In this document: positions 10,290-20,216 of the stretch, one piece after another
How positions within the stretch are numbered: position 1 is the stretch's first letter
Layout: every line of letters starts with the position of its first letter
Origin: Patescibacteria group bacterium
Lineage (GTDB): Bacteria; Patescibacteriota; Patescibacteriia; UM-FILTER-42-10
DNA: 64,000 bases
NCBI GenBank assembly: GCA_041664365.1
Contig: JBAYKW010000001.1
Coordinates: 71,168 to 135,167 of the forward strand
Direction: 5' to 3'
Translations under genes and position numbers: made by a program
The notes under the pieces: generated by a model
Databases searched by the model: none
Seen by the model: only the letters and a program-made list of their open reading frames with translations
What the model was told of the DNA's origin: nothing

Positions 10290-10316
10290 TTAGCACTCTA
10301 CCATTAGGAGTGCTAA
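10290..10316 (+). promoter_or_regulatory. CIRCE operator (HrcA binding site)
   Basis: Perfect TTAGCACTC-N9-GAGTGCTAA inverted repeat, 12 nt upstream of the hrcA start. Confidence 0.9.
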
Positions 10317-10328
10317 CAGGTACCAAAT

Positions 10329-11030
10329 ATGGAACTAAATGACCGAAAAAAAGCCCTCCTTGCGGCTATAATCAAACAGCATATTAAAACTGCTATTCCG
10401 GTTGGATCCAACCTTTTGGTTGGCAAAGGCGGGTTTGATCTGTCCACGGCCACAATCCGCAATGAAATGATGGATCTGGAAAAGGAAGGATATCTCACTC
10501 ATCCGCACACTTCAGCCGGACGCATTCCAACCGAAAAGGGTTACCGTTTTTTTATTGATAATTATCTGGATGAAAGAGATTTAAGTGATAAGCACAAAAT
10601 ACAGCTTCAACAGATGTTAAAAGCAGATAACGAAGATTCATTTGCGGTAAAACAGGTGGCGAAAGAAGTAGCAGTTCTTTCCAACGGTGCGGTAGTCGTA
10701 GGATTTTCGCCAAGAGATATCTATTATACCGGACTGACCAATGTTTTCCGTCAGCCGGAGTTTGCGGAACTGGATGTTATTTATAATTTAAGTGAAGTTG
10801 TTGACCATCTGGATGAAGCTGTAGCGGGAATTTTTGATGATATCAGCAAAGACGTTCACATCCTACTTGGGAAAGAAAATCCTTTTGGTAAACAGTGCAG
10901 TACTATTTTAACCAAGTATCAAAGAGGAAGTGTTGAGGGTTTGATCGCAATCCTCGGACCGATGCGGATGAATTATTCCCATAACCGCGCGCTGATCAAA
11001 TACACTCAGGAACTTATAACTAATTTGTAA
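10329..11030 (+). CDS. hrcA: Heat-inducible transcription repressor HrcA (compact form)
   Basis: N-terminal winged helix (LLAAIIKQHIKTAIPVGSNLL). C-terminal ILGPMRMNYSHNRALIKY region. CIRCE upstream, grpE downstream. Confidence 0.85.
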   Translation: MELNDRKKALLAAIIKQHIKTAIPVGSNLLVGKGGFDLSTATIRNEMMDLEKEGYLTHPHTSAGRIPTEKGYRFFIDNYLDERDLSDKHKIQLQQMLKADNEDSFAVKQVAKEVAVLSNGAVVVGFSPRDIYYTGLTNVFRQPEFAELDVIYNLSEVVDHLDEAVAGIFDDISKDVHILLGKENPFGKQCSTILTKYQRGSVEGLIAILGPMRMNYSHNRALIKYTQELITNL

Positions 11031-11039
11031 TTAATATTT

Positions 11040-11540
11040 ATGACTCACCACGACAAGCACGAAAAACAGGATCAGGAGGCGGATAAGAACATTCAAAAAG
11101 AATTGGAAACTGCGAAAAATCAGGCGGAAGAATACCTGAACGGATGGAAAAGGGCCAAGGCCGATTACATCAATTTCAAAAGAGAACAGGAGCAAAGGCA
11201 GGCGGAATTGATGGAATTTGCCACCGCGGGAATGCTACTCGATATATTTCCGCTTGTTGATCAGTTTAAACAGGCAATGAAGCATGTGCCTAAAGAGATT
11301 GAGAGTTCGGACTGGATTGTAGGAGTCAAACACATCCAAAGCAATTTAAATAATGTATTAAAAGGTATGGGGATAGAAGAAATAAAAACAGTGGGTGAAA
11401 AGTTTAATCCGGAAATGCATGAAGCAATTGAAGAAGTGGAATCGGAAATGGAAAAAGGAATGGTAACGGAAGAACTAACAACTGGCTTTCGACTGAACGG
11501 CCGGGTAATCCAGCCGGCGAAAGTCAAAGTAGCTAAATAA
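11040..11540 (+). CDS. grpE: Nucleotide exchange factor GrpE
   Basis: 166 aa. Coiled-coil N-terminus plus a GrpE C-terminal beta domain (GFRLNGRVIQPAKVKV). Confidence 0.9.
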   Translation: MTHHDKHEKQDQEADKNIQKELETAKNQAEEYLNGWKRAKADYINFKREQEQRQAELMEFATAGMLLDIFPLVDQFKQAMKHVPKEIESSDWIVGVKHIQSNLNNVLKGMGIEEIKTVGEKFNPEMHEAIEEVESEMEKGMVTEELTTGFRLNGRVIQPAKVKVAK

Positions 11541-11564
11541 TTATTAACAAAAGGAGATAAATAT

Positions 11565-11996
11565 ATGCATATTATGAAATATCGACCAATGATCCAGCCT
11601 TGGGAGGACATGGACAAATTCATGGAAGAATACATGTCGGGCATGGCCAGCGGTTTCGTACCGGCGATTGACGTTTATCAGACCAAGGATTCGGTAATTG
11701 TTGAAACACCTCTGGCTGGCGTTGATCCGGAAAAGGTAAATATTTCCATCGAAAACGACGTACTGACCATAGAAGGTTCCATGGAAAAGAAGTCGGAAGT
11801 AGATGAAAAGGAATATTACCGCAAAGAGGTCAGAACCGGCAGTTTCCACCGCGCAGTCGCATTGCCGATTGCTGTAGATGGTGACAAGGCCAATGCCGAC
11901 TTTGAAAATGGAATTTTGAAAATTACCATTCCCAAAGCGGAACAGGTAATGCCAAAAACAATCAAAGTTAACGTATTAAAAAAAGGTTCCAAATAG
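11565..11996 (+). CDS. Hsp20/alpha-crystallin small heat shock protein
   Basis: Alpha-crystallin domain (ETPLAGVDPEKVNISIENDVLTIEG...FHRAVALP...ENGILKITIPK). Strong RBS AAAAGGAG. Confidence 0.9.
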   Translation: MHIMKYRPMIQPWEDMDKFMEEYMSGMASGFVPAIDVYQTKDSVIVETPLAGVDPEKVNISIENDVLTIEGSMEKKSEVDEKEYYRKEVRTGSFHRAVALPIAVDGDKANADFENGILKITIPKAEQVMPKTIKVNVLKKGSK

Positions 11997-12004
11997 GAAT
12001 CACT

Positions 12005-12095
12005 CGGAGCTTCTGGCTCCGGGCAGCGAAATGTCATTCTGAGCGAGACGAGAACTCGTCAAGCCGAAGAATCTATTTACATTTCGCTTCCCGGG
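12005..12095 (+). promoter_or_regulatory. Structured intergenic element between hsp20 and dnaK (nested inverted repeats, no U-tract)
   Basis: Hairpin CGGAGC-TTCTG-GCTCCG (12005-12021). A 16-nt imperfect inverted repeat CCGGGCAGCGAAATGT / ACATTTCGCTTCCCGG (12019-12034 and 12079-12094) encloses an inner GACGAG-AA-CTCGTC hairpin (12047-12060). Confidence 0.35.
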
Positions 12096-12149
12096 TTCAT
12101 AAGAAATTATTTATCAAATATCAATCATTAAAGAAAGGAATTAAGTAAA

Positions 12150-14066
12150 ATGGCAAAGATATTAGGTATCGATCTCGGTACCACCAACTCAGCAATGGCG
12201 ATCGTCGAGGGAGGCGAGCCGAAAGTGCTGGAAAATAAAGAAGGCAACCGCACCACTCCTTCCGTGGTTGCAATTTCCAAAAGCGGTGAACGTCTGGTCG
12301 GCCAGCTGGCCAAAAGACAGGCGGTAACTAATCCGGAAAATACAGTATTTTCAGTGAAACGTCTGATCGGACGCAGATGGGAGGAAGAAGAAGTCCAGAA
12401 CGACGCGAAAACATTGCCTTACAAAATTGAAAAAAATAATGACGGTGTTACGGTAAAAATGGGCGATAAACAACACACCCCACAGGAAGTTTCCGCGATG
12501 ATCCTACAGAAATTGAAGGCGGATGCCGAAGACAAACTGGGTGAAAAGATAACCGAAGCGGTAATTACCGTGCCGGCATATTTTGACGACTCACAGAGGC
12601 AGGCGACCAAGGATGCCGGTAAGATCGCCGGGTTTGACGTGAAACGCATTATCAACGAACCAACCGCGGCGGCACTTGCCTACGGGTTCAATAAGAAGAA
12701 AGATGAAAAGATCGCAGTCTATGATCTGGGCGGTGGAACATTTGATATTTCCATTTTGGAAATCGGTGATGACACCGTGGAAGTGAAAGCAACCAACGGC
12801 GATACACATCTTGGCGGAGATGATTTTGACCAGAAGATAATGCACTGGATCCTGGATGAATTTCAGAAAGACCAGGGAATTGATCTCTCCAAAGACAATC
12901 TGGCACTACAGAGAATCAAAGAAGCCGCGGAAAAAGCCAAGATTGAATTATCATCCACACAGGAGACAGAAATCAACCAGCCGTTTATTACAACCAATGA
13001 ATCAGGCCCGAAGCATTTGGTATTGAAATTGACCCGCGCCAAACTGGAAGATATCGTCGGTGATTTCGTGGAAAAAACACTGGAGCCTTGTAAGAAAGCG
13101 CTGAAAGATGCCGGTTTGGAAGCCAAAGATATGAATGAAATAGTGCTAGTCGGCGGACAAACCAGAATGCCGTTAGTACAGAAGAAAGTAGAAGAATTCT
13201 TCGGCAAAAAACCGAACTCATCTGTAAACCCGGACGAAGTAGTAGCAATCGGTGCAGCGGTACAAGCCGGTGTATTGCAGGGAGAAGTAAAAGACGTTCT
13301 GCTATTGGATGTTACCCCGCTAACACTTGGTATTGAAACTCTAGGCGGAGTACGCACACCATTAATTGAAAAGAATACAACCATTCCTGCATCAAAGAGT
13401 CAGGTGTTTTCTACCGCAGCAGATAACCAGACATCCGTAGAAATTCACGTCTTGCAGGGCGAAAGAGAAATGGCAGCCGACAACAAATCACTGGGCAGAT
13501 TTATCTTAGACGGCATCCCTCCGTCACCGCGCGGAATCCCGCAGGTGGAAGTAGGGTTTGACATTGATGCAAACGGAATCCTGAGCGTGAAAGCAAAAGA
13601 CAAAGCAACTAATAAAGAACAAAGCATCCGCATTGAAGCTTCTTCCGGACTGTCCGACGAGGAAGTTGAAAAGATGAAGAAAGACGCGGAGATTCACGCG
13701 GAAGAAGATAAGAAAAAGAAAAATTTGATCGAAGCCCGTAACATGGCAGAAACCATGGTGATCACTTCTGAAAAAGCGATCAAAGAGGGTGGCGATAAGA
13801 TTAAAGAAGAAGACAAGAAAGCCGTGGAAGAAAAGGTTAAAGCGGTTAATGATGTAAAAGACAAAGACGACGTGGAAGCGATCAAAAAAGCCACCGAAGA
13901 GCTATCAACAGCTGCTCAGAAGATTGGACAGGCGATGTATGAAGCACAGCAGAAGGAAGAAGCGGCAAAGAAAGCAGATGCATCAAAGGCCGGTGAGAAA
14001 AAAGAGGGAGACAAAGAACCAGTTGAAGGTGAATTCACGGAAGAGAAGAAGGAAGAGAAGAAATAA
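12150..14066 (+). CDS. dnaK: Molecular chaperone DnaK (Hsp70)
   Basis: 638 aa. Motifs IDLGTTNS and DLGGGTFD, and a C-terminal EEVD-like acidic tail. Confidence 0.97.
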   Translation: MAKILGIDLGTTNSAMAIVEGGEPKVLENKEGNRTTPSVVAISKSGERLVGQLAKRQAVTNPENTVFSVKRLIGRRWEEEEVQNDAKTLPYKIEKNNDGVTVKMGDKQHTPQEVSAMILQKLKADAEDKLGEKITEAVITVPAYFDDSQRQATKDAGKIAGFDVKRIINEPTAAALAYGFNKKKDEKIAVYDLGGGTFDISILEIGDDTVEVKATNGDTHLGGDDFDQKIMHWILDEFQKDQGIDLSKDNLALQRIKEAAEKAKIELSSTQETEINQPFITTNESGPKHLVLKLTRAKLEDIVGDFVEKTLEPCKKALKDAGLEAKDMNEIVLVGGQTRMPLVQKKVEEFFGKKPNSSVNPDEVVAIGAAVQAGVLQGEVKDVLLLDVTPLTLGIETLGGVRTPLIEKNTTIPASKSQVFSTAADNQTSVEIHVLQGEREMAADNKSLGRFILDGIPPSPRGIPQVEVGFDIDANGILSVKAKDKATNKEQSIRIEASSGLSDEEVEKMKKDAEIHAEEDKKKKNLIEARNMAETMVITSEKAIKEGGDKIKEEDKKAVEEKVKAVNDVKDKDDVEAIKKATEELSTAAQKIGQAMYEAQQKEEAAKKADASKAGEKKEGDKEPVEGEFTEEKKEEKK

Positions 14067-14080
14067 TAAGTAATTAATTC

Positions 14081-14110
14081 GGTAGGCGAGAATACGTATT
14101 CTCGCCTACC
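14081..14110 (+). terminator. 30-bp perfect palindrome after dnaK (probable transcription stop / processing hairpin)
   Basis: GGTAGGCGAGAATAC|GTATTCTCGCCTACC, 15 nt after the dnaK stop. No strong U-run follows. Confidence 0.45.
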
Positions 14111-14154
14111 GGTGCAAGTAAAATAATTAATCCTGCAAGTTGCGGGATACATGT

Positions 14155-14922
14155 ATGAGATTAAAAAACAAATTCACTTTACCCTATATAGTCGGATCAG
14201 CTTTAATAGTACTTTTTTATGTAATGTTTATTATTAGTAGTATCGCTGGTAAGGTAACTATGGATGGTATGACTTTTTGGACTGCCACAAGTTCAATTGG
14301 ATCAATATTCATTATTATTATCGCAATTCAACCAATATTGAGAGAAAAGAAACTTCGAGAATTACAATATTCTGGTGGTCTTCAAATAGCTATGACTAAA
14401 GATGCAACAATAGTATTAGTGAATAAAACCGATGAACCGCTTGAAACAATTAAAATTAATCAAAAAATTTACTCTGGTGAATGTTTAAAAGAACAACCTA
14501 AGGGATATGTAAAAATTATTATTGAGGGTGGTACTCCTGAACCAACAGGGGACAATGTGACAAGAATTTTAATTAATCAAGCATACAAAAAAGTTTCAGA
14601 ACTGAAAAAACAAATACAAAAAGAATATAATGAAAAAATGCGGAACACTATTGATTCAATCGTGTCCGAAAAGGATCAAGAAATTTGGGATAATGAACAG
14701 GAAGATTGCTTTAAGCTTATGATTTCTCCTGGCGAAACTATTGGTTGGCCGGTGTCGCTAGGGCATGATTTAAAATATGGAAAAAGTGGAGTACCTTATT
14801 GTTTATTTAGAGTTGAAGTGTATTTTAGAACTCTAAATGGATCGGACAAAAGAAGTATAAAAGCGTTTTTTAGATTTTCTCTATATACCCCTCCAGAGGG
14901 ATGGGTAAAAGTTTCGTCATAA
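14155..14922 (+). CDS. Hypothetical membrane protein (very low-GC gene inserted between dnaK and dnaJ)
   Basis: The track start is TTG at 14140; the first ATG is 14155 (MRLKNKFTLPY...). Two N-terminal TM helices are followed by a soluble domain. About 30% GC with AT-rich codon usage, unlike the neighbouring genes. Confidence 0.5.
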   Translation: MRLKNKFTLPYIVGSALIVLFYVMFIISSIAGKVTMDGMTFWTATSSIGSIFIIIIAIQPILREKKLRELQYSGGLQIAMTKDATIVLVNKTDEPLETIKINQKIYSGECLKEQPKGYVKIIIEGGTPEPTGDNVTRILINQAYKKVSELKKQIQKEYNEKMRNTIDSIVSEKDQEIWDNEQEDCFKLMISPGETIGWPVSLGHDLKYGKSGVPYCLFRVEVYFRTLNGSDKRSIKAFFRFSLYTPPEGWVKVSS

Positions 14923-14963
14923 TTATTCATAAAGAACATTAATACGTAATAAATAAAACCACC

Positions 14964-15284
14964 ATGCCAAACCAACCAAACCAACAGCCCCCACAAGGGC
15001 AACAGCGACAAATGCAGATTAAGATCCCGGATAGCGTTTTAGCCGGACCAAATTATGCGAACAGTATGCGAGTCATGCATACCAAAGACGAGTTTACGAT
15101 TGATTTTATCAATATCCACCAGGCGGAAGGCGTGGGCGTGGTTACCAATCGGGTAAAAACCTCACCAGGTCACATGAAACGGGTTTTATCCGCTCTCGCG
15201 GACAATATCAAGCGCTATGAGACAAATTTTGGTACAATAGATGTTACGGATGCGCCGGCGGACGAAGTCGGATTCAAAGCATAA
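14964..15284 (+). CDS. DUF3467-like small protein
   Basis: 106 aa. Pattern YANSMRVMHTKDEFTIDF ... RVKTSPGHMKRVLSALADNIKRYETNFG matches, from memory, the conserved core of DUF3467 proteins. Confidence 0.55.
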   Translation: MPNQPNQQPPQGQQRQMQIKIPDSVLAGPNYANSMRVMHTKDEFTIDFINIHQAEGVGVVTNRVKTSPGHMKRVLSALADNIKRYETNFGTIDVTDAPADEVGFKA

Positions 15285-15301
15285 TCAATAAAGCAAAAAC
15301 C

Positions 15302-16444
15302 ATGACCAAGAATTCCAAATCAGCTGTTTTAGGAGTGCTGACTGTACTGGCCAGCGTGCTGGCTTGGTTTTCTTTATCTACGGTTTTCAATATGGAGTGG
15401 TCCGGAGATAATATTCCGATTGTACAGATTTTACTCAGATTGATTTTTCCGGTTGTTTCCTTTTGTTTCTATTTGGCTTTAGTAAGTATAACAACAATCT
15501 TAATTCAAAAAGAAAAAATTCAATTGCCGATCTGGACTTTATCCAGTTTACCGATGCTTTTATTCTTTCCCTTTTCTCCGTGGCTTCTGATTATTTCTTT
15601 GCTTCAGATACTGATGTTTGTGTATTACGCCTATCGGGTGCATAGTGAGAAAAAATCCAGAATAAAATTCAATTTGTATAAAATAATGCATTGGGGTATC
15701 GGCGGAGTAGTGGTGGCAATGGCATTGTCTATTTCATTACTGTACTATATCACTACAACAACAGAGGAGCGTGATTCGGGCAAAGAAGCGATTGACTCGC
15801 TGATTCTCAGTACCACAAACATTGCCAACGAGGTTATTCCTACACAAATAGAGGGTTATGATCCCGATAAAACTCTGGACCAGTTTATTTTGGAAACCAG
15901 CGCCGGTGTGGTGGAGGATATCAGCGGTCAGCTGAATAAAGAGCTGGAAGATACACTGGATGATCCAAAAGTAAAAGAGGGTCAGGCACTGATTGACGAT
16001 CTGCGAAGCAAGGTACAAAGCGGGGAAGTGGATATTAAAGCATTACCTCCCGAAATAAGGGATAATCTGTATAGCGACAAATTATCCGCGGATACCTTAG
16101 TTTCATCCTCATTCGTCCAAAGTATTTTTCAGGAACAGATCAATGACGCCCGAGATGAATTTATGAAAAGCGTCGGTATTGAGGCGCAAGGTTCGGATAA
16201 ACTGTCGGTAGTGATGGCCAAGATCATCCGCAAATACGCTTTTCAGTTCCTGGGACCTTACGAGGATTTCATCACCCCGCTGCTGGCATTGAGTTTGTTT
16301 TTTGCCCTGAATCTGTTTGGTTTTGTATTTTTAACATTAATCAATTCATTTACATCTCTGATTTTTAGAATATTATCCGCCACAAAATTCGTCAGGATTA
16401 TACAGGAAAAGAAAGACGTGGATGTTGTAATATTGGGAGAATAG
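15302..16444 (+). CDS. Hypothetical integral membrane protein
   Basis: 380 aa. Four or more N-terminal TM helices, an acidic central coiled region, and C-terminal TM helices. No catalytic motif. Confidence 0.55.
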   Translation: MTKNSKSAVLGVLTVLASVLAWFSLSTVFNMEWSGDNIPIVQILLRLIFPVVSFCFYLALVSITTILIQKEKIQLPIWTLSSLPMLLFFPFSPWLLIISLLQILMFVYYAYRVHSEKKSRIKFNLYKIMHWGIGGVVVAMALSISLLYYITTTTEERDSGKEAIDSLILSTTNIANEVIPTQIEGYDPDKTLDQFILETSAGVVEDISGQLNKELEDTLDDPKVKEGQALIDDLRSKVQSGEVDIKALPPEIRDNLYSDKLSADTLVSSSFVQSIFQEQINDARDEFMKSVGIEAQGSDKLSVVMAKIIRKYAFQFLGPYEDFITPLLALSLFFALNLFGFVFLTLINSFTSLIFRILSATKFVRIIQEKKDVDVVILGE

Positions 16445-16456
16445 AAAGAAAGAATT

Positions 16457-17542
16457 ATGGCAACAGATTACTATGAAATTCTGGGCGTCGCGAAAGATGC
16501 CTCGCAGGAAGAAATAAAAAAAGCTTTTCGTAAGAAAGCGCACCAATACCACCCGGATAAAAATACCGGTGATGAAGCTAAATTTAAGGAATTAAACCAG
16601 GCTTACCAGGTGCTTTCCAAAGAAGACAAGCGCAAACAGTACGACCAGTTTGGGTCCGCTTTTGACCAGCAGGGTGGTTTTTCCGGTGGTGCCGGATTTG
16701 ATCCACGGCAAGCTGGTTTCGGCGGAGCGGACGGAATTAATTTTGATTTTGGCGATCTGGGTGATATCTTCGGTGATTTCTTCGGTGGAGGAAGAGGAAG
16801 GGCAAGTGCGCGCCAGCAGAAAGGCGCGGATATTGAAACAGAAATGCAGGTTACCTTTTTCGATGCGGCGTTCGGCGTGGAAAAAACCGTGGAACTTTAT
16901 AAAACAGTAGCTTGTGAAAAATGCAGTGGTTCCGGCGCAGAAAGTTCCAGCGGGATTGTGGAATGCCCGATGTGCAAAGGTTCCGGACAGGTTGATCAAC
17001 TGCAACGAACTATTTTAGGCCAGATCCGAACCCGCGGTGTGTGTCCGGAGTGCAAAGGTGAAGGAAAAACTATTAAAGATAAGTGTACAAACTGCCGTGG
17101 CACCGGTGTGGATCGCGCGAGTAAGCGGATCAAAATAAAAATTCCTGCCGGGATTAATAACGGGCAGTCTATCCGTCTTTCCGGTGAAGGCGAAGCCGGC
17201 CAGCGTGGAAGTGTAGCGGGGGATTTGTATGTTGCTATTCGAGTAATGCCACACCATGAATTTCAGCGGGACGGCGACAATGTTTTTTCCGTTTCGGAAG
17301 TCAGTTTTGCGCAGGCAGCACTTGGAGATAAGATTTCCATCAACACTCTGGATGGTGAAGGTCAGCTTCGAATTCCGGCCGGTACTCAATCGGGCAAAGT
17401 ATTTAAAATTAAAGGTAAGGGAGTTATGCACTTAAATGCCCGAGGCAGAGGTGACCAGTTAGTTGAAATTATTGTAAAAACACCGGAAAAATTATCCCGG
17501 AAACAACGCGAATTATTGGAAAATCTGCAAAAACTGGATTAA
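16457..17542 (+). CDS. dnaJ: Molecular chaperone DnaJ
   Basis: J domain with HPD (YHPDKN). G/F-rich linker. Four CxxCxGxG zinc-finger repeats. C-terminal substrate-binding domains. Confidence 0.95.
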   Translation: MATDYYEILGVAKDASQEEIKKAFRKKAHQYHPDKNTGDEAKFKELNQAYQVLSKEDKRKQYDQFGSAFDQQGGFSGGAGFDPRQAGFGGADGINFDFGDLGDIFGDFFGGGRGRASARQQKGADIETEMQVTFFDAAFGVEKTVELYKTVACEKCSGSGAESSSGIVECPMCKGSGQVDQLQRTILGQIRTRGVCPECKGEGKTIKDKCTNCRGTGVDRASKRIKIKIPAGINNGQSIRLSGEGEAGQRGSVAGDLYVAIRVMPHHEFQRDGDNVFSVSEVSFAQAALGDKISINTLDGEGQLRIPAGTQSGKVFKIKGKGVMHLNARGRGDQLVEIIVKTPEKLSRKQRELLENLQKLD

Positions 17543-17562
17543 ATCAGTTTATCCACAGTAGT

Positions 17563-17597
17563 ATAGGCATAGCAATTGCCTATTTATTGTTTTTGTG
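17563..17597 (+). terminator. Intrinsic terminator after dnaJ
   Basis: ATAGGCA-TAGCAAT-TGCCTAT stem-loop followed by a T-rich tract (TTATTGTTTTTGTG). Confidence 0.55.
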
Positions 17598-17648
17598 TTA
17601 TACTTACAAAGTAATCAGATAAAATAAAACAAAAGGGGGAGAAATACA

Positions 17649-18218
17649 ATGTTTTTCGCAACAGTTGTAGCAGACACCGGTTCGTGGGTAGCTAATTTCG
17701 ACTGGTCAGAACCAACCTGGGACCTCTTTATTATCCTGTTTTTTGTCATCGCTGCCCTGCTCTACGGTATGTCACTGGGTCGCGATCGGATTATCGTAAT
17801 TCTGATCAGCATCTATATGGCGATGGCTGTAATCAATACTGCGCCGTTTTTGGGAGACACTACCGGCGAGATCGGCATAAACCAGTTTTTCGTAGTGAAG
17901 ATAACAGCTTTTGTAGCTGTTTTTGTTGCGTTATTTTTCATGCTTTCCCGATCCGCTTTAATCTCTACTGTCGCCAGTTCTGATGATCGTGGAAAATGGT
18001 GGCAGGTGATAGTTTTCAGCATCTTGCACGTCGGGTTATTAATCAGTATTACTTTATCATTTCTGCCAAAGTCAGCAGTTGAAGGACTTGCTCCGCTGAC
18101 TAAGACATTATTTACCTTGGAAATCAGCCAGTTCATCTGGGTGCTCGCTCCGATTCTTTTAATGATCCTGATCAAAGGCGGAGCGGCTGCAAAGAAAAGA
18201 TATAAATACGATATTTAG
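17649..18218 (+). CDS. Hypothetical integral membrane protein
   Basis: 189 aa with five or six TM helices. RBS AAAGGGGGAG upstream. Confidence 0.55.
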   Translation: MFFATVVADTGSWVANFDWSEPTWDLFIILFFVIAALLYGMSLGRDRIIVILISIYMAMAVINTAPFLGDTTGEIGINQFFVVKITAFVAVFVALFFMLSRSALISTVASSDDRGKWWQVIVFSILHVGLLISITLSFLPKSAVEGLAPLTKTLFTLEISQFIWVLAPILLMILIKGGAAAKKRYKYDI

Positions 18219-18225
18219 AATATAA

Positions 18226-18260
18226 AAAAATCCGGCAAGTTAAACGCGGGATTTTTTGTT
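18226..18260. terminator. Bidirectional terminator between convergent genes
   Basis: A7-TCCGGCAAGTTAAACGCGGGA-T6: the stem AATCCG/CGGGATT has one bulge and is flanked by an A-run and a T-run. Confidence 0.5.
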
Positions 18261-18267
18261 TGCCGAA

Positions 18268-18828
18268 TTATATCTGTTTGTGGAACAGTGCTTTATAAAA
18301 CCGCGGAAGGTAAGTCGAAGATAGCCAACCGAGCAGGGCGCCGATTATCCCGCCGGTAATTACATCACCGGGGAAATGCACTCCCAAATAGATTCGGGAA
18401 AGGCAAATCAGTACTGCCAGAACAATTAGCAATTTATGCAGTAGCTTTGATTTTGTGTTTAAGATAATCACCATGGTAAAACTGAATGCAACCAGGGCGT
18501 GGCTGGAAGGGAAGGAAAATCCTTCCGCAGTATGGTCAATTGTGGTTACCCAATCGTAAAATTCAAAAGGTCGCAGGCGCGCAAAAATATTTTTAACCAT
18601 GTATTCGTTTATAACAACACCGATACCGATGGCGATGGCGGATTCAAAAAACATCCATCCTTTATGCTGTTTATAAAAGATTAAGAACAGGATGATTAAA
18701 GGAAACCAAATTATTTTCGGATGGGCGATTGTAGTAAGTAACAGAAAAAACCAATCAAAAAACAGGTTATGAGGAATAACCTGATAAATCTTTTCAAAAA
18801 TTAGCTGATCCAGATTTAATAGTAGCAT
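18268..18828 (-). CDS. PAP2-family phosphatase (undecaprenyl-diphosphatase / phosphatidic acid phosphatase-like)
   Basis: PAP2 motifs KX6RP-like (FARLRPF), PSGH (PSSHAL) and SRX5HX3D (SRIYLGVHFPGD). The start overlaps the cysS stop. Confidence 0.8.
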   Translation of the reverse strand: MLLLNLDQLIFEKIYQVIPHNLFFDWFFLLLTTIAHPKIIWFPLIILFLIFYKQHKGWMFFESAIAIGIGVVINEYMVKNIFARLRPFEFYDWVTTIDHTAEGFSFPSSHALVAFSFTMVIILNTKSKLLHKLLIVLAVLICLSRIYLGVHFPGDVITGGIIGALLGWLSSTYLPRFYKALFHKQI

Positions 18829-20216
18829 TATTTATTTTTATGAATTTTTGGCCCCGAAGATGTATCAGTAACAATATACCCCAATGATTCAATTTCCGCT
18901 CTTATTTTGTCCGCTTCGCTAAAATCTTTGGCTAAACGCGCGTGCTCCCTTTTTGTCGCCAGTGTTTTAACGTGCTTTGGTGCTTCTTCTGTTTGCTCAA
19001 GTTTATCCAATCCGAGTCCCAGTACTTTGTCATATTCCAGTACTGTTCCTTTTTTTGCACCTGCCGGTAAGTTGGATTTAAAAATTTTCCAGACCAGTGC
19101 CAGTGCTTTAGGCATGTTCAGATCATCATTAATTGCATCCTCAAATTGCTGTTTAAAATCCTCATTAACGACCGGGTTGGTGTCTTTATAACTTTCCATC
19201 TGCCGATAAATAGAATCAAGCGCGGTGTTGGCTCCTTCCAGGTTTGTCCAATTGAAAGTCAGTTTCGAACGGTAATGGGTGGTAAGCAGTAAATAGCGAT
19301 AGGCGAGGGGATTAATCCCTTTCTCTTTCAGTGTTTCCAGAGTTATAAAATTCCCTTTTGATTTTGCCATTTTTTCGTCCTTCAGAATCAGAAACTCCCC
19401 GTGCAGCCAGTAGTTGGCCAGTTTTCTGTCGTTTGCCGCTTCACTCTGCGCTATTTCGTTCGTATGGTGGACGGGAATATGATCAACTCCGCCACAGTGA
19501 ATATCAAAAGGCTGACCCAGATATTTTACGGCCATTGCCGAACATTCTATTGCCCAACCGGGAAATCCGATGCCCCACGGCGATTCCCATTCCATCTGGC
19601 GCTTCGGCTCGCCTTTCAAAGGGTCTGGTGAAAATTTCCACAAAGCAAAATCATTCGGGCTTTTTTTGCCTTCCACGACCGCCACTCTGGCACCGGCCTT
19701 TTGCGCTTTGATATCTAGCCTGGCCATCTGTCCGTAACTTTCAAATTTACCGGTGTCAAAATATACGCCATCCGCAATGGTATAGGTGTAACCCTTTTCC
19801 TCTAACTTTTTAACCAGCTCAATCTGTTCTTTGATGTGGTCAGTGGCTTTGCACCAGATCACGGGTTCCGTAATGTTGAGGTCCGACATGTCGTTTTTAA
19901 ATGCAGAAGTGTAATACTCAGCAATTTCCCATACCGTTTTCTTTTCCTGCTTGGCCCGTTTTTCCATTTTATCTTCACCGGTGTCCGCATCTGATACCAG
20001 ATGCCCGACATCAGTAATATTCATCACATGTTTTACTTTGTAGCTATTGTATTGCAATACCCGTCGTAATATATCCTCAAAAACATAAGTCCGGAGGTTT
20101 CCGATGTGCGCAAAATTATAAACAGTCGGACCGCAAGTATATAAACCAACCTCTGAATCTTTCAGAGGTTTAAAGGTTTCTTTTTTTCTTGAAAGGGTAT
20201 TAAACAGCGTAAGCAT
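18828..20216 (-). CDS. cysS: Cysteine--tRNA ligase
   Basis: HIGH motif (HIGNLRTY). KMSKS motif (KMAKSKGN). The zinc-binding Cys ligand is conserved. Confidence 0.95.
   Translation of the reverse strand: MLTLFNTLSRKKETFKPLKDSEVGLYTCGPTVYNFAHIGNLRTYVFEDILRRVLQYNSYKVKHVMNITDVGHLVSDADTGEDKMEKRAKQEKKTVWEIAEYYTSAFKNDMSDLNITEPVIWCKATDHIKEQIELVKKLEEKGYTYTIADGVYFDTGKFESYGQMARLDIKAQKAGARVAVVEGKKSPNDFALWKFSPDPLKGEPKRQMEWESPWGIGFPGWAIECSAMAVKYLGQPFDIHCGGVDHIPVHHTNEIAQSEAANDRKLANYWLHGEFLILKDEKMAKSKGNFITLETLKEKGINPLAYRYLLLTTHYRSKLTFNWTNLEGANTALDSIYRQMESYKDTNPVVNEDFKQQFEDAINDDLNMPKALALVWKIFKSNLPAGAKKGTVLEYDKVLGLGLDKLEQTEEAPKHVKTLATKREHARLAKDFSEADKIRAEIESLGYIVTDTSSGPKIHKNK

Noticed and set aside
12863-13384. 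173-aa minus-strand ORF inside dnaK (plus other small ORFs 12128-14152)
   Set aside because: It is fully contained antisense within the conserved DnaK coding sequence.
16592-17005. 137-aa minus-strand ORF inside dnaJ
   Set aside because: Antisense to the DnaJ zinc-finger region. No start context.
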